In this document: positions 47,104 to 59,100 of the stretch, piece after piece
Position numbering within the stretch: the stretch's first letter is position 1
Layout: every line of letters starts with the position of its first letter
Virus record (IMG/VR): IMGVR_UViG_3300021425_004462
Location: 32,001-96,000 of that record
Length of the DNA: 64,000 nucleotides
Strand: one strand, 5' to 3'
Origin: a virus
The notes under the pieces: generated by a model
What the model saw: the letters and a program-made list of their open reading frames with translations, nothing else
What the model was told of the DNA's origin: nothing
Databases searched by the model: none
Made by a program: the position numbers and the translations under genes

Positions 47104-47422
47104 GTTTAATTTAAAAGATTTTACAAGAGGCTGGTTCATTGGCAACTTCAACCCTTCTCTAATTAAAACTAACGATGTTGAAGTTGGAGTTAAAGAATAT
47201 AAAGCTGGAGATTATGAAGAATTTCATCACCACAAGATTTCAACAGAAATCACTTGCATTACAAAAGGAGAAGTAGAAATGAATGGAGTGAGGTATAAAG
47301 AGGGAGATATTATTGAAATAAAACCCTTAGAAGGTACAGACTTCAAGGCGATTACAGACAGTCAAAATGTTGTCATAAAACTTCCTGGGGCAAATGATGA
47401 CAAATATCTAGGAAAAGCATGA
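47096..47422 (+). CDS. Cupin-domain protein
   Basis: GWFIGNF.P, HHHKISTEI...G, GDI.EI.P, DDKY. Confidence 0.8.
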   Translation: MNKFNLKDFTRGWFIGNFNPSLIKTNDVEVGVKEYKAGDYEEFHHHKISTEITCITKGEVEMNGVRYKEGDIIEIKPLEGTDFKAITDSQNVVIKLPGANDDKYLGKA

Positions 47423-47841
47423 TACTAGTATCTCATAGAGGAAATATATCTGGACCAAATCCAGAAAAAGAAAATCATCCAGACTACATAAAAGAAGCTC
47501 TTTCGCAAGGATTTGATGTAGAGGTAGATATATGGGGAGATAAAGAATTATGGCTTGGTCACGATAAACCTCAATACAAATGCTCAGTTAGTTTCCTTAT
47601 TAACAATTACCAAAAGCTATGGATCCATTGCAAAAACTTAATAGCTATAGATATATTGTCTGAATTTAAAGTTTTAAATTACTTCTGGCATCAAAACGAT
47701 GACTATACATTAACCTCTAAAAATTTTATATGGACATACCCAGGTAAACACGTATGCAATAAAAGCGTCTTAGTTGTAGATGACGCAAGAGAATATGCTG
47801 GCCCGATTTGCTTTGGTTTATGCTCTGACTATATTAGGTGA
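47419..47841 (+). CDS. Glycerophosphodiester phosphodiesterase/PLC-like protein
   Basis: SHRGN, EN, DVEVD, LGHD, WIHCKN, G.CSD. Confidence 0.82.
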   Translation: MILVSHRGNISGPNPEKENHPDYIKEALSQGFDVEVDIWGDKELWLGHDKPQYKCSVSFLINNYQKLWIHCKNLIAIDILSEFKVLNYFWHQNDDYTLTSKNFIWTYPGKHVCNKSVLVVDDAREYAGPICFGLCSDYIR

Positions 47842-48704
47842 ATATTAGCGATATATTTTCAAAAAATTATTTCAAACATAACTACCACTTAAGCCAGGAG
47901 CAAAGATTTCTTCACAGCTTCCTTGAAAGGTACTTATTGAGAATGGAGCGGTACATTGAAACCGTATCTATAATTATTCAAGGAAAATTAAACAAGAGGT
48001 CTATTGATACCATTCCAGAATACTTAAAGTATGGGGAAGTTATTATCAGCTGCTGGGACAATGATGATTTATCTATGCTTGATAAATATAAAGATAAAGT
48101 TAAAATCATAATAAATAAATATTCGAACGCAAAAACAAAACAAAAAAAAACAGGAAGTCAAGCTCCCTGGATCTTTCAAAATTTAACAACACTAAACGGC
48201 CTTAATGCCGCAAGCGGATACTTATGCATTAAGTTAAGATCTGATGAAAGTTATCCTATCCTAGACCCATTAATAAATAAATTTAAAAATAATAGAGACA
48301 CAAAAGATCCAAGTACGAATTTGTACAAAGATTATAAAATAATCACATCAAACATTTACTTTAGGCACGACAGAGAGAACAAATTTCACCCATCAGATCA
48401 CATAATAGCAGGAACAAAAAGTCGAATGCTAGAGTCCTTTAAGTTATCAAACTCCTATTGTTATAAACCTCACACAAAATTCCCAGAGCAATTAATAGCT
48501 CACGCAATAATTAACAGCTATTTCGACCCCGTTAATAAAAGAAAAGATAGAGTAAAAAACGAAAATTCTAAAGAGTTAATGAAAAAACATTTTGACATAA
48601 TAAGAATAAAAGATTTACCTAATCATATATGGACTTCAAGCTACAGAAAGTATGATCCATTATACAGCGAAGAAGACTGGTGTCATGATATAAATTCCAT
48701 ATAA
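47838..48704 (+). CDS. WavE-like polysaccharide synthesis protein
   Basis: SIIIQG, IISCW, Q..TT.NGL, KLRSD, HPSDH..AG, PEQ. Confidence 0.72.
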   Translation: MNISDIFSKNYFKHNYHLSQEQRFLHSFLERYLLRMERYIETVSIIIQGKLNKRSIDTIPEYLKYGEVIISCWDNDDLSMLDKYKDKVKIIINKYSNAKTKQKKTGSQAPWIFQNLTTLNGLNAASGYLCIKLRSDESYPILDPLINKFKNNRDTKDPSTNLYKDYKIITSNIYFRHDRENKFHPSDHIIAGTKSRMLESFKLSNSYCYKPHTKFPEQLIAHAIINSYFDPVNKRKDRVKNENSKELMKKHFDIIRIKDLPNHIWTSSYRKYDPLYSEEDWCHDINSI

Positions 48705-48711
48705 ATAATAG

Positions 48712-48746
48712 TTGAGAAAATAAATACAGGACATATAATCCTGTAT
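48712..48746 (+). promoter_or_regulatory. sigma70-like promoter with the -10 box flanked by an 8-bp inverted repeat
   Basis: TTGAGA-N16-TATAAT; ATACAGGA (48724-31) / TCCTGTAT (48739-46). Confidence 0.6.
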
Positions 48747-48747
48747 C

Positions 48748-49308
48748 ATGAGTATTTCACTTTATAAACCAAATAGCAAAAACACAGGGTGTGCTTTTAA
48801 TTTTAAAATCGGAGTAAATAAGTCTAAAGAACCTGTAATTTACGCAAGCGCTATCCAGCAGTATAGCTGGGACGATTCAAAGAAAACCGGAAACTTTTCA
48901 GGAAACGGGACTGATCCAGATAAAAAAATAAACTTAAAATTCACAGAGTTTGAAATAGGTGGAATAATTAGCGCTTTTAAAAACAGAAATGAATTCTCTA
49001 CATTTCACGCGTTCGAAGAGAATAAGACGTCAATCAAATGCACCCCATGGGATAAAAAAAGTAAAGTAAAACAAGGAGATAAAGAAACCTGGGTGACTAT
49101 ACCTGCATTCGGAATTAATGTTACGCGAAACGGTAATCAAATTTTCAGAATACCCATTGAACCTGGAGAAGTTGAAAATTTAATGGAATTTTTAAAATTT
49201 TATCTATCAGAACTATATAAACATAGAAGAAAAGAAGAGATTAAAAGACTCAAAGAATCCCAATCACAAAACACTTCATCAGGTAATAGCGGCGCAGCCC
49301 CTTTTTAA
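48748..49308 (+). CDS. Putative ssDNA-binding protein (PC4/Whirly-like)
   Basis: YKPN..NTG.A, W...K.GNF, K....EIG pattern; flexible tail ending PF. Confidence 0.45.
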   Translation: MSISLYKPNSKNTGCAFNFKIGVNKSKEPVIYASAIQQYSWDDSKKTGNFSGNGTDPDKKINLKFTEFEIGGIISAFKNRNEFSTFHAFEENKTSIKCTPWDKKSKVKQGDKETWVTIPAFGINVTRNGNQIFRIPIEPGEVENLMEFLKFYLSELYKHRRKEEIKRLKESQSQNTSSGNSGAAPF

Positions 49309-51212
49309 TGAAGAAAAAAATCTTAATACATAGTAATCATTGTAAAGCGTATACGGGTTTTGGTAAAAATGCTAAAAACATTCTACTCCATTTACATAAA
49401 ACAGGTAAATATGAAATAGTAGAATTTTCAAACGGCATTAAATGGGGAGACCCTTCTTTAAGTTTATTACCATGGAAAGCTCAAGGTTCGCTACCAAACG
49501 ACCCCTCTATAATTAAAAAAATAAATCAAGATCAAGCCTTATACAGAAACGCTGGTTATGGCGGGCAAACTATAGACAAAATTATAGAAGAAGAGAAACC
49601 AGATCTTTATTTAGGGATTGAAGATATTTGGGCCTTTTCTGGTTATACAGACAAAAAATGGTGGAATAAAATAAATTGCGCAATCTGGACTACCCTAGAT
49701 AGCCTACCAATTTTACCCGAAGCAGTTAGCGCCGCTCCTAAAATAAAAAATTATTTCACTTGGTCTTCTTTCGCATCTAAAGCTTTAAACAAACTAGGGT
49801 ATGATCATGTAAAAACCTTACATGGAGCAATAGATTGTAAAAATTTTTACAAAATTAAAGATGAAAAAAAATTAAATCTTAGGAAAAAATTCAATATAAG
49901 CGACAAAGATTTCGTAATTGGTTTTGTATTCAGGAATCAACTAAGAAAATCTGTACCAAACTTATTAGAAGGTTATAAAATTTTCTGCAAAGAAAACCCT
50001 GACTGTTCCGCAAAACTTCTATTGCATACTCACTGGAAAGAAGGTTGGGATATAACTTCCTTAATTAAAGAAAAAGGCATTAACCCTAAAAACATTTTAA
50101 CAACCTATATCTGCTCTCATTGTAAAAATTTTGAAATAAAACCTTACGAAGAAGAGGGCAAGGATTGTCGACTTTGTGGTGCAGAAAAATCACAGGTAAC
50201 TCCAAACACAAAATTAGGAGTTACAGAGTCTCAACTTAATGAAATATACAATATCATGGATGTTTACTGCCATCCATTTACTAGCGGAGGTCAAGAAATA
50301 CCAATACAAGAAGCTAAATTAACAGAGCTTGTTACCCTAGTAACAAATTATAGTTGCGGAGAAGACTGCTGTACAGAAGAAAGCGGAGGCTTACCATTAA
50401 ATTGGTCTGAATACAGAGAACCTGGAACTCAATTTATTAAAGCCAGTACAAGCGCAAAAAGCATAGCAAATCAACTAAAAAAAGTTTTAAAAATGAAGCC
50501 CGCAAAACTAAAAGAGTTAGGGCAAAAAGCTAGAAACTTTGTTATAAATAATTATAGCACTGAAGTTATAGGAAAAAAACTTGAAGATTTAATAGATGGC
50601 ATGCCTAAAGTAGATTGGGATTTTGATTTCAAGCCTGTAGAAAAAAACCCAGACTATAACCCCCCAGAAATTAAAGATGATGGAGATTTCGTAAAAGATC
50701 TATACAAAAATATTCTTCAACTCGAGGTCGGAGAATCCGATGAAGGTTATCTCCACTGGATTAAAAGACTTTCCTCAGATATGGATAGAGACTCCGTGTT
50801 AGCTTATTTTAAAAATGTAGCTAAAAAAGAAAACAAAAAAAACGAAAAGATAGATTTTAGAGACATACTGGATAAAGATGACGAAGGAAAAAGATTGCTT
50901 TTCTCTATACCAGAAAGTATTGGAGATATATACATGTGCACATCTTTATTAAAAAATATAAAAAAATTATACCCCAAATATAATATTTATTTTGCAACAA
51001 AACCAGAATATTTTGAAATTTTAGAAGGTAACCCTTATATACATAAAGTTATACCTTATAGTAACAGTCTAGACAGTCTTCCTGCCATGGAGGGACAAGG
51101 CAACCATAAAGGTTATTTCGAAATAGCTTTCCTACCCTTTATCGGCACACAAAGAATGTTAAATTACATACATAATGGAAAGGATAAAATACAATTTAAT
51201 ATATGCACTTAA
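49308..51212 (+). CDS. GT4-like glycosyltransferase with a Zn-ribbon insert, a DUF4214-like segment and a GT9 N-domain at its C-terminus
   Basis: TGFG, RNQLRK, CSHC..CRLC, SGGQEIPIQEA, LYKNIL..DE.G..HW, ESIGD..IK..YP. Confidence 0.8.
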   Translation: MKKKILIHSNHCKAYTGFGKNAKNILLHLHKTGKYEIVEFSNGIKWGDPSLSLLPWKAQGSLPNDPSIIKKINQDQALYRNAGYGGQTIDKIIEEEKPDLYLGIEDIWAFSGYTDKKWWNKINCAIWTTLDSLPILPEAVSAAPKIKNYFTWSSFASKALNKLGYDHVKTLHGAIDCKNFYKIKDEKKLNLRKKFNISDKDFVIGFVFRNQLRKSVPNLLEGYKIFCKENPDCSAKLLLHTHWKEGWDITSLIKEKGINPKNILTTYICSHCKNFEIKPYEEEGKDCRLCGAEKSQVTPNTKLGVTESQLNEIYNIMDVYCHPFTSGGQEIPIQEAKLTELVTLVTNYSCGEDCCTEESGGLPLNWSEYREPGTQFIKASTSAKSIANQLKKVLKMKPAKLKELGQKARNFVINNYSTEVIGKKLEDLIDGMPKVDWDFDFKPVEKNPDYNPPEIKDDGDFVKDLYKNILQLEVGESDEGYLHWIKRLSSDMDRDSVLAYFKNVAKKENKKNEKIDFRDILDKDDEGKRLLFSIPESIGDIYMCTSLLKNIKKLYPKYNIYFATKPEYFEILEGNPYIHKVIPYSNSLDSLPAMEGQGNHKGYFEIAFLPFIGTQRMLNYIHNGKDKIQFNICT

Positions 51213-52357
51213 TAGAACAATATGCACTTTCGTGTGGAGTTAAAATAGATAAGCCACATATTGAAGAATCATTCTTTCCAGTACCTTTTGAAAAATACAT
51301 AACCATTCATGCTAGTAGCGGCATGGACTCCAAAAACTATGATTACTATTCAGACGTCATAGAAATGATTACTCCATATTTAGCAGAAAAAGATATTCAT
51401 ATTATACAGATTGGAGCCAAAGACGACATAAAATTAGATGGCTGTGAACATTTAAACGGAACAACTACAATAAGACAGACATCTTATATAATTAAAAATA
51501 GTTTATTACATTTTGGCAACGACTCATTCTCAACTCATGTAGCTTCAGGTTTTAATAAAAAAATAGTTTGCCTATATAGTATATTATACAAAGAATGTTG
51601 CGGCCCATATTGGGGCGATAAAAACAATCAGATCTTAATAGAGTCACACAGAAACGGACTGAAACCGTCTTTTTCGAACAAAGAATCTCCCAAAAGTATT
51701 AATTTAATAAATCCAGAAACTATAGCCTCCAGCATACTAAATTTACTAGAGATAGATAATGAATTAGAAAAAATTAATACAATATACATAGGTAAGGAAT
51801 ACGCTTCATCATCAGTTTCTGTTGTTCCAAACTATGTAATGCCATCAAATTTTGCGCAAGGACAACCAATGAATATATGGGGCCACGAGTTCTTCGATGA
51901 GGGAAATATAGTCCAATGGGCATATGGAAGAAAATGTAATATTTTTTTAAAACAGAACATGTCAGTAAAATACCTAGACACAATAAGGCAAAACATTAAT
52001 CAAATCAATTATTTCATAAATGATAATACTGACGCGAAATACTTTGAAGTTTTAGAGAGAGGAGGTATTAATTTTAAACTAGTTTGTGAAGATGCAAATA
52101 AAATCAATGAGTACAGAACGAAATTTTTCGACTGGAACATTCACCTAGTAGAAAAAAAACAAAAAAAAGACCTTGACATAATAGACAAAATCTGCGATAA
52201 TACTCGCTATAAAAGCTCCCTACAAATACTATCAAATGGAAAAATGTATAATAGCAAAGCAGCCTGGAGGCAAGATATCACAGAAAGTGATAAAATTATA
52301 GATTGCGATGAATTCTGGGAGCAAGTAGAACACTTCAAACTTTACAACAAAAATTAA
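51203..52357 (+). CDS. GT9 C-terminal-half-like protein
   Basis: YITIH, IIQIG, HFGNDSF..HVA. Confidence 0.7.
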   Translation: MHLIEQYALSCGVKIDKPHIEESFFPVPFEKYITIHASSGMDSKNYDYYSDVIEMITPYLAEKDIHIIQIGAKDDIKLDGCEHLNGTTTIRQTSYIIKNSLLHFGNDSFSTHVASGFNKKIVCLYSILYKECCGPYWGDKNNQILIESHRNGLKPSFSNKESPKSINLINPETIASSILNLLEIDNELEKINTIYIGKEYASSSVSVVPNYVMPSNFAQGQPMNIWGHEFFDEGNIVQWAYGRKCNIFLKQNMSVKYLDTIRQNINQINYFINDNTDAKYFEVLERGGINFKLVCEDANKINEYRTKFFDWNIHLVEKKQKKDLDIIDKICDNTRYKSSLQILSNGKMYNSKAAWRQDITESDKIIDCDEFWEQVEHFKLYNKN

Positions 52358-52358
52358 T

Positions 52359-53180
52359 ATGTCAACAAAAACAACCGCAGATAATTCAGTAACATACGAA
52401 GCGCAAACTTCAATTAAAACTTCTAAAAAATCGATACCAGAAAAATATTTAAAAGGTCCAGGTCGTTTTTGTAGAGATGGATTTGGACTATTAAATGAAG
52501 TATCATACGAATTTGATGAAGATGGCTCAGTGAATTGGAGATCTATGATCAAAGATGAACATTTATTCCCAAATAAATCATGGTTCGATTTACGCAAAAA
52601 AGATGTACCGAGAACAATCGACGGACTAAAAGATCATCAATTGCTTATTAAATTGTCGGGAATCAAAGAGCTTGCCAAACTGCGAGGGTTCTCGGACGTA
52701 TCTTATGAAGTTGTTAAATGTCAATCAGATCACGTTGCAGTTATCTGTAGAGTAACTTTTTTACCTAATTACGAAACAGGAGGTAAAGCTGTAACCTTTC
52801 AAGATATGGCGAATGCAACTTTAAACAATACAAGTAGTTTTGCAACAAAGTTTTTAGAGACTATAGCCTGCAACCGCGCATTTGTACGCTGTGTTAGAAA
52901 CTTTCTTAACGTTCATATCGTTGGAGATGATGAAATAGACAAATCTTCTCTTAATAATAATACACAAGTTAATGTATCCGCAACACTGACACCCTATTCA
53001 ATGATAGAAAATTTAGCTAAAGATAAATTAAATTGTGGAAACTTTGAAGAATTTAAAGTTGTTCTTCGTGACTGGTGGGCCGCAGGTAAATATAAAAACG
53101 ACGAAGTTAAAAACTGGAACGACTATTCAGATATTCCCGCAACACAAGCAAGAATATTAATGAAAGTAATAAACGAATAA
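52359..53180 (+). CDS. Putative single-strand annealing protein (Rad52/Sak/RecT-like)
   Basis: IKLSGIKELA..RG, C.VTF, LETIACNRAFVRCVR.FL. Confidence 0.55.
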   Translation: MSTKTTADNSVTYEAQTSIKTSKKSIPEKYLKGPGRFCRDGFGLLNEVSYEFDEDGSVNWRSMIKDEHLFPNKSWFDLRKKDVPRTIDGLKDHQLLIKLSGIKELAKLRGFSDVSYEVVKCQSDHVAVICRVTFLPNYETGGKAVTFQDMANATLNNTSSFATKFLETIACNRAFVRCVRNFLNVHIVGDDEIDKSSLNNNTQVNVSATLTPYSMIENLAKDKLNCGNFEEFKVVLRDWWAAGKYKNDEVKNWNDYSDIPATQARILMKVINE

Positions 53181-53183
53181 AGT

Positions 53184-56100
53184 TTAAAAATTATTTTCTA
53201 GTTTAGATATTCTTTCTTCTAAAGACTCTATTGTTTTTTGTTGCTCTTTAATAGCTCCAACTAAAAATGGAATTATACCATCGTATTTAAGACCAAGGTA
53301 TCCATCTTCTCTTTGCTTAACTAAATGAGGAGCAATCTTCTTAACATCTTGAGCGATCAAGCCATAATCTTTTCCGGAATAAATTTTAGACTTATTATTC
53401 CACTCAAACTCAACTCCTTTTATTGATAATATTTTAGATAAAGGGTTTTTGATTTCAATAATATTATCTTTAAGTCTTTTATCTGAAGAAGATCCATAGA
53501 AAGCCACAACATCTCCAGTTACAGTTAAACTAGTTCCTGTTATATCTCCTCCGTTCAAACTTGAGCTTGCATTTATGGTTGTACCATTTATAGTAGGAGA
53601 AGTTATCGATGTGCTAGTTAAATCAGTTATAGTTGCTTCAGCGGAAGTTATATTTTTAGCATTAGAAATAGTTGCATGATTTATTGTAATGAGATCTGAA
53701 GCAGACTGCCCTAATGCAAATTTATTATCGCCGTTAAGTATTCCTGCCATAAAGAAATTCTCATTATGAGTTCGTATATAAGCAGTGCCATTATTATCGT
53801 AGTCATCTTGATCTCCTATAGTAAGAATATCTTTCACTACAGATGATTCTGTGATTAATAATTTTGTTGCGACACTAGAAAATTGTGCACCTAAACTCCG
53901 CCAATCACTTGTGTTTTGATCTGGGCGCTTATTAACATTATCTCTTAAAGCTATATAATCAGAACCGCCGTAACGAACTATATCTACATTAAGATTATCC
54001 CCTACAGCGCCCTTATAATTGGTTGCATCATTCCACTCCCCCCTATAACTAGGCCCTGAGCCTCGCTCGCCCCTATCACCTTTAAAAGTCACAGAGAAAG
54101 TTTGCTTTTTAGTGATTGGAGAGGCAGAAACTTGACCCTTAAAATCCTTAACTGTAATATTATAGTTAATAAATGCTCCATTATCTGTAGATTTAAATCC
54201 AGAAGCATCAGCAAAAATTAATGTTTTACTTGAAATTGATTGAGATCCGGCAGTTATATTTGAAGAAGGGCTCGCTTGAACAAAAAATTCTCCATCCGAT
54301 AGCTGAGACCCGCTAGTTACTTCGCCCGCTGCGCTTCCATATTTTCTAGGTGTTAATGCAACACTTCCAAGGAAAACTTGAATATTTGTACCAGATCCAG
54401 TTGGTGATGGATCATTTTCTAAATCATAAGTTAAGCCATGATGCTCATTACTTAATATAATAGTGGTGGCATTAGAACCAGCTCTTAAAGCAAAAATACT
54501 TATTTGATCTGAAGCCAATTCAGAGTTGGCCGAACCTGTTTCAGAAAAATTACAAGTTATAGTCGCTAAAAGACTCTCTGAAGTACCTTTAATATCAGCG
54601 GGAGGCACATAAACAATTTCATCTAAATCTTCAATGTAAGAGCCTTCGGTATAAGATCCTCCCCCTATTCGTTTTAGTGTGCCGAGTCCACTTTTTGAAT
54701 ATTTATAAAATTTATTCCCCCCAAGATCATTGCGAGGGGCAGCGCTTATAGTTATATCGCCAGAAGTTATTTTGGTTAAATCATCTTCATTGTAAGATAC
54801 GGCCTGAACTGGAGATGCGGTCAGATCAACCGCTCTAGCAGGGCTTCCCTCTTTATTCTTACTTAAACTTTGTCTTTTTGTAAAAGTTTTTGATTGTCCG
54901 TCTTGATCCTTTACAGTAATTTGGTAATCTATATGAGCTATATTAGAGCTAGATGTCCAACTAGCTACCTTAAAACTGGGCTTTGTAGTGTTAGAATCAA
55001 GAGTTACTCCTGATAGAGTAGTTTCAACATGAAATTGTTCAGGTGCTAAATTTGCCTTTACATTTTGATAAGAAAAAGATGTAACCCCCTCAAAAACAGA
55101 TATAGTATTTAAAGTATTATCAAAATTTAAATTTTCTTGGTTATTAGCTCCCAAGGTTACAGGTACATTTGAAAATTCTTGAGACATAACGACCGTCAAG
55201 GCATTAGAGCCTTCTTTTAACCCGAAAATAGTAGTCCTGTCTTCAGCAACAAATTCAAAGTCGGAACTTGATTCATTATTACTTCCGTCCCAAGATCTGC
55301 ATTTAATTTTTATAGGAAGATCGTTAGATTCATAGGTTCCAGCAATTTTGCCGCTTCCAGAACCTATAGCGAGAGTTATTTTTTTATCTTTTGTTTTATA
55401 AGAAGCTGGAGGATTATCTATATCGTTAGGTACAGGTTTAGTGCCTAGGGGGGGATGCAATATTTGCCACTCATTATTTGTATTACTGTATTTATAAAAG
55501 ATAAATTCGGGATTATTATTATGAAAATTAAATCCTTCTACCTCTACGTCTATAGATGTAGGAGCCCTAACATTCCCAACGGTATCATATTGTATTGTTT
55601 GGTCTGTTACGCTTAATTCAATACCCCTGCTTTTCTTACCCTCTCTTGATTTTGTGAAGGTATACTTTTTATCAAATCTAACAGGAGGAAATTCATCATT
55701 AGCAGAATTATCAACGTATTTATTATCAAAAATAGGTAAATCAAGCACAGCTTCGCTAACAATATTATCATTAGAATCTATTAATCTTTCAGGTAAATTA
55801 AGAATTTCTAATTCTGCCAATTTAACTTGCGCTCCATCTATAGTTCTAGTTATGGTATTTATTCTATAGTTTGTACCCAAAGTAAAATCCTTTAAATTAT
55901 GAGCTATTGTTCCAACACTATAAGAATCACTTTCGTATGGACTGCTTGAATCAAAATTATAATACTTGTGTCCCCTTCTAAATATTATAGCCGTTTTCCC
56001 TTCAGCCAATAGAGACGTTGTAACTTGGCCATACTCATCCGCAACATATGTATGATTTTCATTCTCTAATAAAACAGTATAAGAATCATTTCCGGGCTGA

Positions 56101-59100
56101 CTGCCGTATACAGTAACAAAGTCGCTAGCTAAAAACAAGTCGGTAGGGCCATTGCCTAGATCTACATTTTCATGTATAGCAGAAACTTTACAAGTAAAAG
56201 GAGTCATGGACATTCTTGGTATATGGTCTCCATATTTGTCAATCAGACTTGCTGTACCCAGAGCGCCATTAATTGACCAATTATTTTCATTATTCTCCAA
56301 CAAAACAAGGTCAGATGGTTTCAAGCTTTTTCCAGTATAAAAATCAAACCTGACATTACCAAAAGTATTAAAAGCGCCAGCAGATAATTTTAAATCATTG
56401 CTTTCGTTTTTATCTTCGTCAAAAAATCCATCAAAATCATAATTATATATTTGATTCTCGACATCCAAATCAACATAAACCGCAGACGCTCCATCTGCAA
56501 CAAAATCTACAGCCAAAGATCTCTCCATAGAAGTCTTAGCTCCAGAAACATTTATTATAACAGAACTATACTGAGGCAAAATACTTGAACTAGATTCATC
56601 ATTAAATCTTATCATTTTTTCAAAACCAGTAACCGAAAGCTCTGCTTTTGCTAATCTAGCTCTAAGCGCTCCGTCCGAACCATCGCTAAATAATGATGCG
56701 TCATATTTAAATCCTGAAATTTCATAAAGATCTCCATTTCTAGAATTCTTAAACTGATCGTAAGAGAAAAATTCATAACCATCAGGAGAAGACAATCTAA
56801 AAAGAACATCATGAGGACCCATGGTACTATTTTGATATGTTGCAGTAAACACGCACTTATCTTCTTGCCTTGCAGGTAAATATGTACCATCAGATTGCTC
56901 TACATACATAAAAGATTTAGGCTCTGCACTCATATCAAGAAAAGTGTATTCTGCGCCATCAAATTGTTTTAATTTTCCAAAAAGGGTCAATGAGTCTCCA
57001 TCGAAAAACAGTTTTCCATCAGGAGTTTGAAAAACGAATGTTCCATCTCCACTAACAGCGAAACCCTGTTGAGGAGCCCCATTACTATCTTTGCTATCTA
57101 AGCCTCCAAAACCTGCACTGCGAATTTGCCCGCTTAAATTATTGCCACCGATTTGTAAATCTTGACCATATATAACTTCAGATCTTAACTTATCTGCAGT
57201 CAAATTATGGATCTTAGCATTTGTTATCGCTGCATTTTGTATATGTGCACTACCTATCGAAGCATTGGAAAAAGAATGCCACATAGGAGAAGGTATACCC
57301 CCTGCATTTCTTGCTATAATAAAATCATCTGTTTCACCAAGTAAATTAATCTTTGCTTCGTCAACTCCTATACTAGTTCCCTCTCCTGCGGGATGATAGG
57401 ATGAAGTATCATAACCTCCACTATAAACTATATTTCTTAAAGGATTTGATATTTCTGAAGTAAGCAGCTCATTACCCCCTCCTTCCCCTACAAGGCCAAG
57501 CTCCTCTTTTTGCTGAGAAGTTAACTGTACAATATTTTTATCATGAGTAGGTATTCTTCCAGTAGCGCTCCAGTAAATAAAAGGGTCTTCTGTTTTTCCA
57601 GCTTCAATAACATAACCCGTGCCTTGATAGTAGACAAAGTGCCTCACCCATTCTACAGAACCCTCAGAAGTATTGCCTTTAAATGGATTATTTGGCACTA
57701 GAGAAAGAGTGTTGGGAAATGCGGTGGTTATATTTTGTTCAAAATCAGATATATCTGTAGTTTTTACTTGTCCCAAAGTTAACTCTAAACCCTCTAAATT
57801 ATCAGAGCTTGAGTTACTTGAGCCAGTGAAAGGTCCTTTATTTCCCGCAAAATCTACAGGTCTAACCCAAAAATATCTACGATCATTTGCGAGACCTTTT
57901 TGAGAAGCTTGCACTGAAGGAGCAGAAGCATCTATATTAAATATATTAGTAGCATTTACGATATCTCCAGCAAAGTCATTAAATTCTTTAGGGATCTCGC
58001 CAATTGTATATTGAACTCCTTCAATTCTTCTATATCCTGTAGAGTTTTGATGTTGACTCAAAAATTTTCCGTCGCTGAACTCTAAAAATTTATCAGACAA
58101 ACCTGTGGACTGCCAAACTTCATAATAATCTATATCATTAGGCTTGCTATTAATTAACCCATTATCTTTTATTTGTGAACCGGGCTGAGACCAATTCAAG
58201 AAATAATTTTCAAATGAAGTATTCCCTTCAAGCCCTTCAACCGGTCCAGGAATTTCGTCTGTTGTTATATTTAGAGCTGGCCCAGGGTATGAATTAGGAT
58301 TTCTTGAATAATAATTTTTAGGTAGAACCCATACTTTTTCTAAGTTTCCCTGATTATTAGTGCATTCGAAAAGCTGACCGCTACCAAAATCATCGAAAGG
58401 TAATATCTTATAATAATAACCTGTAATTTCTTCTCCAACTTCAGGGTTATCGTCAATAATTTGATTAATATTATCACCAAAACTTAAATCTCCTGCACCC
58501 AAAACGCTTTTCACGAAAGGAGCTTCTCCCCTAATAGGTTTTTTATTAGAATCTAGAATAGAAAAATTTTCTTTATCAGACCTATATAAAACAACTTCGC
58601 TAGTTTTTTCGCCTCTTCCATTGGCGTAATTAAAATTAAATTTTACTTTAGTTACTTGATCTTTAGAATCAGCGGTAAAACCTTGAGTCTTAATGACTGG
58701 AGGAGGATTATCTCCTATGATTCTTTCTTTTTGAATTACTTCCCCTAAATTATTAATAATACCAAGCTCTAGACCCACAGATCTTTTACCGCTTTCAGGC
58801 AGATACTTATCTCCATGTATTTGATTATTTAATTCGCGAGTATATTCAAAGTTATAAAAAACCTTGGCATTATGTATGTTTCCTACAAGAGGTCTATTAC
58901 CAAGGTCGTCTACATTCGATGACAAAGTATCATTACCTTCGGTTATTCCAGTTAAAAATTCATTAGTATGAGGATCAAATAAAGAACCGCTAATTCCAAC
59001 TATTCCAGGAACAACATCTTGTTTAAATAAAAATTTATATTGATTTAAATCTACTAAATTACCGACGCCATCAACAACATCCCAATTAAAAATGAGATCA

